NCBI GenBank assembly: GCA_951406725.2
Contig: OX597816.1
Span: forward strand, 152,272,001 to 152,336,000
Length of the DNA stretch: 64,000 bases
From: Octopus vulgaris
Taxonomy: Eukaryota
Direction of reading: 5' to 3'
Shown here in pieces: positions 29,001 through 41,000 of this stretch (position 1 is its first letter; the number at the start of each line of letters is the position of its first letter). Made by a program: the position numbers and the translations under genes. Below the pieces are notes generated by a model. The model ran no database searches and had not been told where the DNA came from. It saw only the letters and a list, made by a program, of their open reading frames with translations.

Positions 29001-32000
29001 TTGACCAAACAGAGGGACCAGCTATCAGGGTTGATAGTTCCTTGGTAGTTAAGGCAATTAGAAGCATGAAGACAGGGAAAGCCCCAGGCCCATTAGGAAT
29101 CACTGCAGAGATGCTCAAAATATCTGGTAGTGTCGGCTATAGCCTAGTCACCTGTATAGTTAATCAGGTGATACACAAAGGAGTCATACCCAATGACTGG
29201 TGTAGTAGCATAATAGTCAACTGCTACAAAGGTAAAGGTGATGCCCTAGATACAAATAATTACAGAAGTATCAAGCTGTTGGATGAGGTAATGGAGGTTA
29301 CGGAGAGGGTCATAGCCCAACTAATTAGAGAGAGAGTTAGTCTAGATGAGATGCAGTTTGGGTTTGTGCCAGGGAAAAGTACCACTGATGCTATATTCCT
29401 GGTAAGGCAGCTGCAGGAGAAATACCTAGCCAAAGATAAGCCCCTGTACCTAGCTTTTGTTGACATGGAGAAAGCCTTCGACAGGGTCCCCCAATCCCTT
29501 ATCTGGTGGTCAATGAGGAAACTAGGGATAGATGAATGGTTAGTGAGAGCTGTGCGAGCCATGTACAGGGACGCTGCTAGTAAGGTGAGGGTTGACAACG
29601 AGTACAGTGAAGAATTCCGGGTAGAGGTAGGGGTCCACCAAGGCTCAGTCCTCAGCCCCCTCCTATTTACCATAGTCCTCCAGGCAATAACAGAGGAATT
29701 CAAGACAGGATGCCCCTGGGAGCTCCTCTATGCTGATGACCTTGCTCTAATTGCTGAGTCTCTATCAGAACTGGAGGAGAAGTTTCAGGTGTGGAAGCAA
29801 GGATTAGAATCGAAGGGCCTTAGAGTCAATCTAGCTAAAACCAAAGTCCTAATAAGTAGTAAGGTAGACAAATCACAAATGCCTTCAGGTAGATGGCTCT
29901 GCTTGATCTGTAGAAAAGGTGTAGGTAGAAACTCTATAAGATGCACCAAGTGTAAGCTATGGACACATAAGAGGTGCAGCAATGTCAAAGGAAGGCTAAC
30001 TAGGAAGATAGTTTTTGTATGTGGCAGATGCTCAGGAGCAATAAACACTGAAAATGCTCTGAGACCAACTTCTGCCACTTTTCAGGGAGAAAAACTAGAA
30101 ATAGTTGATAGTTTCCATTACCTAGGTGACCAAGTCAGTAGCGGGGGCGGGTGTGCTGAAAGTGTAAATGCTAGAGTAAGAATAGCTTGGGCAAAGTTCA
30201 GAGAGCTCTTACCGCTGCTGGTGACAAAAGGCCTCTCGCTCAGAGTAAAAGGCAGACTGTATGACGCGTGTGTACGAACAGCTATGCTAAATGGCAGTGA
30301 AACATGGGCCGTGACAGCTGAGGATATGCGTAAGCTCGCAAGAAATGAAGTCAGTTTGCTCCGATGGATGTGTAATGTCAGTGTTTATACTCGACAGAGT
30401 GTAAGTACCTTGAGAGAAAAGCTGGACCTAAGAAGCATCAGATGTGATGTGCAAGAGAGACATTTGCGCTGGTATGGTCATGTGGCGAGAATGGATGAAG
30501 ATAGTTGTGTGAAAAAGTGCCACACCCTAGCGGTTGAGGGAACCTGTGGAAGAGGCAGACCCAGGAAAACCTGGGACGAGGTGGTGAAGCACGACCTTCG
30601 AACTTTAGGTCTCACTGAGGAGATGACTAGAGACCGAGACCTATGGAAGTATGCTGCACATGAGAAGACTCGGCAGGACTAATGAGACCATTACCTGTGG
30701 CCTCTACCTGGGATGTAGCCAGTCGACTTATGCATACCTTTCCTTCTTGGGACACAAAACTCCACTTGTGAAGACCCGTTGAGGCAAGTGGAAATCGGAA
30801 ATCAAAATCAAAATCAAATCAAATCAAATCAAATCAGAAATCAGAACCAAAATCGAAGTTGATCAACATCAATGGAAATTGCAGCTGCGATACCAGTGCC
30901 GGTGACACGTAAGCGTACCATCCGATAGTGGCCATGGCCAGTGCTGCCCCGACTGGCCTCCGTGCCGGTGGCATGTAAAAAGCACCATCCGATCGTGGCC
31001 GTTGCCAGCCTCGCCTGGCCCCCGTGCCGGTGGCACGTAAAAAGCACCATCCGACCGTGTCCGTTGCCAGCACCGCCCCGACTGGCCTCCTGGTGGCACA
31101 TAAAAAGCACCATCCGATCATGGCCGTTGCCAGCCTCGCCTGGCCCCCGTTGCCGGTGGCATGTAAAAAGCACCACCCGACCGTGTCCGTTGCCAGCGCC
31201 GCCCTGACTGGCCTCCATGCCGGTGGCACGTAAAAAGCACCATCCAATTGTGGCCGTTGCCAGCCTTGCCTGGCCCCCGTGCTGGTGACATGTAAAAAGC
31301 ACCATCCGTCCGTGGCCGTTTGCCAGCCCCGTCTGGCACCTGTGCGGGTGGCACGTAAAAAGCACCCACTACACTCACAGAGTGGTTGGCGTTAGGAAGG
31401 GCATCCAGCCGTAGAAACACTGCCAGATCAGACTGGGCCTGGTGCAGCCTTCTGGCTTCCCAGACCCCAGTTGAACCGTCCAACCCATGCTAGCAATGGA
31501 AAGCGGACGCTAAATGATGATGATGATGATGATTAGTTTACTAAATTAATTAATTTCTTTACAAAAGATATCAAAGGCTTTTAGATAAGTCACAAGAATA
31601 ATTTTTACAGGAAAAGTACAGTCTGATCAAATAACACCAATATCATGTGTGTATTCTATATAGTCCCAAACTGATGAAATGCAAATTTGAAAAAACTGAA
31701 ATCAAACAAACCTAAATCCCATAATACATCTATTTCAACAGCACTGTCTTGGCTAGCTATATAAATAATGTATGACGAATTTAAGGTAGCAAACTGAGCC
31801 AAGTAATATATCACTTGCAATAATCTAATTGAGTCAAACACAACACATAAGTGACTCCATAATTAAGCCCAAGTTCTATGGTATGCTGCCAGCAATTTAC
31901 ATCTAAGCCTATCTTTCTATTCTTTAACCCTTTTGTTACCAGCCCGGCTGAAACCGGCTCTGGCTCTGAGTACAAATGTCTTGTTTTCAAAAGTTTTGAA

Positions 32001-35000
32001 CTAAAATCTTCCGCCAAACCTTTGTCACAATTTATGTTCTTAACACTAGCCGAACGATAACTAAGTTATTTTACTAAATTCTTTGTCATATTTAAAATTA
32101 ATTGAAAGAAACACAGAGTATTTCAATAGAAATAAGGTAACAAAAGGGTTAATATTACCATCGTTGTAACTTTTGTTTATGTTTATATGAAAAGGTAGAG
32201 AATGTTAGGGAGAGACAATGTCTATAGTAGGAGGTCCTGGTAATTCCTTTTCAATAGAGCTTGTCTTCCACGTACACCCACCTGGCACCCAGCTCTCAAC
32301 TGTTTGTATGCAAAAGTACACCATTTCCTGGTAGGCCAGCTAAACCAGATGGAAGGCTGCCAATCAGTTTTAAATTTTCCGTGAAATTCTTTGAAGGCTT
32401 ATCATCCTTTGCATATGAAGACTGGATTCTAGTGCACCATTTAGAGGAAACAACCACCAGTGGTCAACTTTCACCAGTCAGAAAGATAGACTTAGATGTG
32501 AATTGTTGGCAGCATACCATAGAACTTGGGTCTAATAATGTTATTTCTGAGCACGGTGAGATATGAAGATGTCCCTGATCATCCCACTGCTTCCTTGTTA
32601 TACTTTCATTTGTTTTGGCTCATCTTAGCACTGACCCAAGAAGTTAAGTACAAGAGAGTGAGGCTGTTTATTTACAGTACAGTCCTTCCTTACTTTTAAG
32701 GCAAGTCAGGATTTGAATGGTAGATATTTTGCCACAGTAGTCAGGTTATCATGCACATCTTCAATCATGAAATACTGCCACTCCCATAGTTTCTTTGTTT
32801 GTGAAGGCACCTTCCATGTGCCTTCACAAGATTCTCCATTGACTATTTGGCTTCATCCCTCATTGTTGTTGCTCTTTAACTCTTTAGAATTCTGATTTAT
32901 AAGTCAAATGTAATGCTTTTTAATACACACTGATATGAATTAGTCATGTATTACTTTGTAACTTTGAGATTTCAATGATGTGATTGTTAGTTTTCAGAAA
33001 AATATTGTAGGGTAAGTGTGAGAAGCCAGATCTGGTTAGTTTGAAGATAAAACAGGTAGATTATTTTGGCCAGATATGGCTGGTTTAAATGCTAAAGGGT
33101 TAAGAAGTTATTTACTGTCTAAGAGATAAAGTCTTGATCATCTTCAAAAACAAGAAGAGTAAAACAGTAGTAACAAGCTTTAACTGTCACAATGGACATC
33201 ACAAAAAAGCCACTGGTGAAATATGAAGAAGGTTCCAGTCTGAACCATTATGTATCTGGAATTTTAAACCTCTGAGTATCTATGACATGAGTGTTTAGTT
33301 AGCTAACCAGACTCTATTAAACCACACACTGACCCTGAATTTTCATACTTATGAATGAAATCATTACAATCACTCTTTAGTTATTGTAATGTAAGAAGAT
33401 AAATTTTGAATCACATGTCAGTTTCTGGCATGTTTGGTGGTTTCCCACTAAGGCGTTTTTGTTGTTCTGGCTTATTCTGCTGCTAAAAAAGTGGGTAGAA
33501 AGTAGTTATATGCCATGACCTAAGAACATACCAGCACCAATTACAATGTTTTAATTAATAATCGAATTTAGAACTTTATTCCTTTAGTTATTATGATTGC
33601 TGCAAAAGATGTCCACAATGTTGCTGCCACTGATAATAACACTGATGATTTCTTACAAAAACATAGAATTACAGAGGAAAGAAAATGTGCATTTCAAGGT
33701 TGTAATATTCAGATAACATCTCAAAAGAAATTCAAAATTTTAAGATTTGATTGACATATTATAGCATAAATATAATGTAAAAGTGTAAAACAAAATGCTA
33801 AAAAGAAAGAAAGAAAGAAAGAAAGAAAGACAGAAAGAAAAAAGAAAGAAAGAAAGAGAAAATACATAGCAAATCATAATTACTTTTTTAGAAGATGCAT
33901 AACACTGTATGCTGTACTGGAATCAAGACCAGTGGTTGGTTCATCAAGAAACAAAATCTGTGGAGAAGTGATTAGTTCCAAACCAATACAAGTCCTTTTT
34001 CGTTCACCACCTGAAATACCTCGTATTAATTCACTGCCAACCTAGTGATAAACAGTAATATGAGAAAAGGTCCAATGTAACTATGCCTTTTTATGTATTC
34101 ATAAGGAGAAGTGTATGAAAAAATTTCCTGCCTGTAGACTGTGGACATGTGAAAATATATTAGACCTGTTTTGGGAAGTAATCAGGCTGCACTAGAAGTT
34201 TAGGGAATCTTTTAATCTATTTAGAACAAACAGCTTCTCTATAAATATAGAAAAGAGATTAATTAGGCCAATAGGAGAGCCTCTAAGCAATCACTTAACC
34301 AGATAGAAATTGATGTACGATGCTGTTGTGAAGGACTGAAGAACTTACCTTAGATTTTACGAGGGGTGTATGAAAAGTTTTGAGCCTAACCTAGAAACGG
34401 GGCTGCTAGGTAGCTGAATCAATTTTTTCTGGTAAATGCAGTCTTTTCAGAGTATTCTTGCTCATTTTCATGATTCTGATATTTAAAATTTTTTTTTTTT
34501 GTTACAGATTTTTGAATAAACAAGTGTCGAGGTTACAAGGAAAATGGAGAAAACTGAGTATCGTGCTGTCATAAAGTACCTTCATTTGAAAGGCATGACT
34601 CCATCAGAAATCCATGAAGATATGGTTAGAACATTAACAGACAATGCTCCTTCATATGCAACAGTCAAACGCTGGATAAATGAATTCCAGCGTGGCAGGG
34701 AGAGTGTGGAAGATGATCCCACACCAGGGAGGCCTCCAACTGCAACCACCAAGGACAACATTGACCTTGCTCTTGGTATGATAATGCAAGATCGTCGAAT
34801 ATCATGTCGCCAGGTAGCTGAGAGACTGGGCATCTCAAATGAAAGAGCAGACAACATTGTGACAAAAGAACTTGGGTTCTCAAAGGTTTCTGCAAGGTGA
34901 GTCCCTCACCTTTTGACTCCTGAACAGAAAAGCAACAGGTGCACTTTGTCTATGAGCAATCTGGAACTGTTTGAAGCCAATGAAAAGAATTTTCTTGCTC

Positions 35001-38000
35001 ATTTTATTACTATGGACGAAAGTTGGGTTCATCACTACCAGCCTGAAGCCAAAGAACAATCAAAGCAATGGAAGCACACATCTTCTCCTACCCCAAAGAA
35101 GGCCAGGTCATTCCTTCAGCTGGCAAGGTCATGGCGTCAGTTTTTTTGGATTCTCAAGGTGTCTTGTTGATCGATTACCTTGAAAAGGGTCACACAGTGA
35201 CAGGGCTGTATTATTTTCAGCTACTGTATTGCCTCCAGGAAGCAATCAAAGAAAAAAGGCCAGGAATGCTCACCAGAGGAGTTATTTTTCATCAGTGGTT
35301 GCCATGACAACAATTTGTGATTGTGGATAAGAACTTGTTCCCCATCTGCCAGACTTAGCCCCCTCTGACTTTCATCTAAAAATAAATCATCAGAAGTCTT
35401 GTACTACCTTTTGTTTTTTTGAGGCTCAAGACATTTCAGACACCCCACGTATATTACTCACTTAATTTCTATTGTCAATATGTGAATTGATGACATGCTT
35501 TTGAAAGTATGTATCTTTGTTCTTTTTTTTCTTTGCTTCAACACTGTTTCTGTTTGTTACAGGACAGAGGTGTCAATAAGTATTTTCCATTAGAACATAA
35601 CAGATTTTCAGAGAGTTTCTACAGATGGGGAAGTTTCACTCTTATTTATGCTTATCTAATGTCAACAGTTCTACTGGTTATCTTTTCTGGTTGCTTGCAT
35701 CATACTGTTGATTTGATTAAAATGTTTTTCTTCTTGTTTATATTTGGAATTATTTATTGTTTATGTACCTGTATGAGGTAGTTTTTCTAAATAAGTGTAC
35801 AAACATACTTGTTGCTGGTCTTATTCCATAAATAACCATTGGATATTGGCCAAAGATAATATTGCCCATAGATTAGAATGTCTCTATTGCACATCAAATG
35901 TTGGTTTGATCCAAACTTCAGCAGAGTAAAAAAAGATGTTTTCTCTGGTGAAGAAATAGATTTAAATTTTGCATGAAAATATAGAAAAGATGTAGGTAGA
36001 AATTCCATATGACACACAAACTATGGACAGTTGCAACACAAATGTCATACAATCTTCCCTATCACTAATGATATAAATATAAATGTCAAACTATACTGAA
36101 GAGATGTAAATAATAAATACCATAGCAGATGATAGAAAGAACTCTCAGCTTTCAAACGATATAAGAGGTATCATGATTAGTTATCATTGTTGTTTTTTAT
36201 GAGTTAGCCTCAAGCCAACTTTAATCAAGCAGACTTATGATTAAAGATATTCCAGTTGTGAACATCCCATCTTTTTTTTCTTCAAACAGTGTATCTAGGT
36301 TTACATTATGCAAAGTATATTCACGTTTTTGAGGAAATAAGGTATGGTTTGAGGAGGATTTGGCTGCTATTTCTAGCAGATCATATAGTGGGTTCCTCAT
36401 CAGCTCAAGATGTGTCATTAATATCGGTGAGGTCATTTAGCCTTACCGCTAATGAGGAAGAGAAATAATAGCAATAGCAAAAGATTTAGTGGTTATTTTT
36501 TTGCAATGAGGACTCAATTCTCGGTTTCAGCTATGACACCTAACATTCATTAACCTGGAGAAGGCCTTTGATAAGATTTCACATTTTGTAATATAATGGT
36601 CATTCAGGAAACCAGGGAAAGAGAACTAGTTTGTGAGAGTCATACATGCTATGTAGAGAAGTAGAGCCAGCAAAGTGAGAGTCAGCAATGAGTTAAGCAA
36701 TGAATTTATCTTGCAAACAGAAGTTCACTATAACTCAGTCCTTGGCCCTCTTTTCTCGTTATCATAATTACAGGAATATATTAAACAATGAGTAACATCA
36801 ACACTTACTCTGGAGTCAGCCACGTCAGAGAGCCCTAATTCTTCTATCAATGTATCCACCCTTTCTTTACGGATTTCTGATGAAAATGAAGCAGGCAAAC
36901 GAAGGGCTGCAGAAAACAACAAGTTTTCTTTCACACTGAGAGTTGGCATGACGACATCATCCTATATAGAAAAAGACAATGGAAAGTGGGAGAAAGAGAT
37001 AGCTGGAGGAAGAGAATGAAAAAGTGGTGGAGAGTGAGCAAGAGAAACAGATGAGAAAACAAGAAGAGAGAGAGAGACAATTTAAGATTGAAGGAGAGAA
37101 AAAGAGATACAGGAAAAAAGGGTGCTTGGCTTGGATAGAAAGGAAGAGAGCTGTCTTGTTTCTGGTGGCCATTGGTATCTGGATCACCATTTGTTTTGAG
37201 TTAAAACAGTTGATTTTTTTTCTTTATGAGCACCCTGACACCTACTGGAACATTGCAGCAACCTCCATCTTCATCGCCACCACTGATGTCTCTCACCAAT
37301 GTTGTCAACATCTACACAGCACCAACACTCTGCACTGGCTCTAACACATCACTGTTTGTGAGCTTCTCACCAGGGTTAACAGCTAACATATAACCCACGC
37401 AGATGAATGTAGATATATGAACAAATGTACATCAACCACTTCCATTCAGCTTGTGTGACCACAATAAACGTATTTAAAGTTACCACATTGTGTTTTATAT
37501 ATCCTTCATCCAGGTCTACTACAGCCTTCTGAGCGGAATCTCATTAAATGACACCACAACCTATAACATCTAAACTATATTCTTGATGGTGGAGCACAGC
37601 AATAAATGGTATACTGTAATAGGCTTTGTGAACATTACTGAATGTGGTAGGAAATTCTATTGGCAAGTGTATATACATGATGGAAGATGAAAATGATGTT
37701 GACAACCTTGCAGCAGCCAATATTATACAAGAATGAAAAATAACATAATTACAATGATGATGATAATCTTAGAAAGTATACCAAAAACAAAAAAAAAACT
37801 CACCTGTTCTACGTAACCAACTTTACATTTGAAGTTGACTGGTGGTAAACGGCCATTGATTAATAAGGTACCTGACAATCCAGCTGGATTTTTTTGACCA
37901 CTTATAACATTCAACAAGCTAGAATAGAAAGGTATTCTTTTCATTGGTTATTACAAATGGAAAGTGGTTAGCAAAAATAGAAATCCAGTCACAAAAATTA

Positions 38001-41000
38001 TCCAAGACTTCGAGCAGAACATTATAGCTGGAACCCCCCCCCACACACACTCACTCAACCACACATGCTTACAATGTAGTGCTACTGTGAAACACTTTAG
38101 TGCAACTATGAGAGGCGTTATAAGAGGCTATAGCACTATAAGAGGCTCAAATGCTACTATGAGAAGTTCAAATGCTACTATGAGAGTCTCAGATGTTACT
38201 ACGAGAGGCTCAAATGCTACCATGAGAGGCTCAAAAGCTCTATGAAAGGCTCAAATGCTATTATGAGGGGCTCTTGTGCTACTATAAGAGGAAGCTCTGG
38301 TGCTACTCTGAGTAATTATTGAATGTGGGGAATGTGTGGGAGAGAGAGGGCCAGTTCCAAGTACACACAACAGAGGGATCAACTATCCAAATTGACAGCA
38401 GTATGGTAGATACAGTGATTAAAGATATAACAGTAGGGAAAGCAGCTAGCCCATCATGGACAGTTGCCAACAAGCTTAAAATATCTATTAAAGTAGGGTA
38501 CAGCCTGTCACCTGTATATATTTCTTTATTGCCCACAGGGGATTAAACATAGGAGTCAATCAAGGACAAAGGGTTTAAGTCGATTACATCGACCCCAGCG
38601 CATAGCTGGACAAAGGGTTTAAGTCAATTACATCGACTCCAGTGCATAGCTGGTACTTATTTAATCGACCTCGAAAGGATGAAAGGCAAAGTTGACCTCA
38701 GCAGAGTTTGAACTCAGAACGTAACGGCAGACGAAATACCTATTTCTTTACTACCCACAAGGGGCTAAACACAGAGGGGACAAACAAGGACAGATAAGCG
38801 TATTAAGTTGATTACATCGACCCCAGTGCGTAACTGGTACTTAATTTGGATGAAAGGTAAAGTCGACCATAGCGGAATTTGAACTCAGAACGTAACGGCA
38901 GACGAAATACTGCTACGCATTTCACCTGGCATGCTAACGAAATTGCCAGCTCACCAATATAGCCAATCAAGTAATACAAGAAGACACCATACCTAATGAC
39001 TAGCACAGTAGTATCATAAATTGCTAAAAGAACCAAAGAAATGCACTAGAGAGAGGAAAGTACAGATGCATCAAACTGTTGGAACAGGTTATAAAAGTTA
39101 TAGAGTTATTGCAAAATCAATTAAGAACAGGATTAATGTGGATGAAATGCTGTTTAGCTTTGTGTCAGGATGAGATACCATCGGTGCCACTTTTCAAGAG
39201 AACTGCTTAGCTAGGAATAAGCCAGTATTCATCATTTTGTGATCTGGTGGTCACTAAGGAAGCTAGGGGTATATGAATGGTTTGTGATAGCTATACAAAC
39301 CTTATACAGAGGTGCAATCAGCAATGTGTAAATAATTGATGAGTTCAGTGCTTAATTTAGCATACAAATAACAGTTTTCAGTCCATTCATGTTTACAATA
39401 GTCTTCTAAGCCATAACAGAGTAATTTAAGATTGGTTATCCTTGGAAACTCCTGTATGCTGATAGCAACTCTTATAAAAACGATGTAGAACATTTTGAAG
39501 GAGAAATTCCAGACAGGCAACCAAAATCTAAAACTGAATGACTATAAAGTGAATTTAGCAAAAGCAAAAGTTTCAGAGAGTGAGAAGGAAGACAAGAACC
39601 TAATACTATCAGGAAAATTGCCATGTTAAGTATACAGAAAAGAAGTAGGTGGACATTCTATAAAGTGTGCCTAGTGTAAACAATGAATGAACAATAGCTA
39701 TTGCTACATACACAAACAGCCATCTAACTGATTGACAATCCCTTTTTCATCAATACCATAACCCACTAACAGGCTGCTGTATCCTATCTAACTTTTACAC
39801 AAAGACTATATTTCTTGTTCTTCTAAACTTGCAAATTCCTTTAGAACCTGACCATTTCAACTGTTTCCTTAGTTCTCTTTTCCCAAAATTTTATTTCTTT
39901 GGGCTTTCTTTCTTGACTGCCTTTTCCTAATAAGCGATAACCTAATACAATATGCAAAAGCCAGGAACACTGCCCTCTTTTCCTTAATCTACACAACTGA
40001 ATAATTATCTAAAACTACAACCATTTGGAAATAAATACTTACGAGGATTTCCCACTGCCTGTTGGTCCCATAATAGCATTCATGCCAGATGGAAAAATTC
40101 CACTGCACAGACATGTAAAAAAAAAAGACTTTAATGTGAACAAAAGACACTGGTAATATGAAATTACAACAACCCTTAAAAATTTAAAGACAATTAAGAA
40201 AATTCCATTGTAGCAAATCATTCTGTTAACTTAAGATCACAAAAATGGGACCTATTCCATCTCAATCACAGATTTTTTTACTTAATTTTTTTTTAACTAA
40301 ACAGTTTGAAACTTCAAACACTGGTAGAATTTCTCAAATAGAACACGGTTTACTCTGAACGTTTTTGACAAAATTTCGTATTTTAGAAGTTATTTTGTGT
40401 TAAAGTTGTCATATTTAGGTAATTTCAACCAATCAACGATGTGTATTCGGTTGAAGAAAGCTACTACTGTTTACGATAGTAATTGAAGAGGAACAACTTC
40501 CGGGTCATCTCTACTAAATGTTACCACTCCGTTCGAAGAATCAACACCATCGAAGAATCAACACCAAGAAGGAAGAAATATCATTTACATATATTTATTT
40601 GCTTGCCCGACATTGGTATTTTATAAACACATAAAGCACGCTGGTGTTTAAAAGGCCTATAGAGCAATGAGTCCACAGCTAGCTTTTTTGTTGTTGACGT
40701 ATATGTAGTTTCAAAATGTCTTATTTTATAACTATGAGATGTATTGTTATTGTCATGATTTTATCTTACTATAATCAACAACAAACACATTTCATCAATA
40801 TAAAAGTCTTTATTAGATTAAAAAATACCCTTATCAAAACATGAAGGTAAAACAAAACAAATAGCAGCTTATACACCGGAAAACACAGTAATTGTAGTGT
40901 CAGTGACAAGTTTGCTCACTGGTTACTAGTTGATTGTGTAGAAGGGAGGGAAAGAGTAAGGAATGCACAGTGCTGACTAGAAGGGAAGAAAGGATAAAGG

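Noticed and set aside
30885-31365. CRISPR-like array
   Set aside because: The inter-repeat segments are two recurring variants rather than unique spacers; it lies in a LINE 3' UTR, and there are no cas genes in this eukaryotic context
30834-31483. Several overlapping repetitive ORFs
   Set aside because: By-products of the GC-rich tandem array
28040-31550. Target-site duplication for the RTE LINE
   Set aside because: No convincing direct repeat found at the two ends
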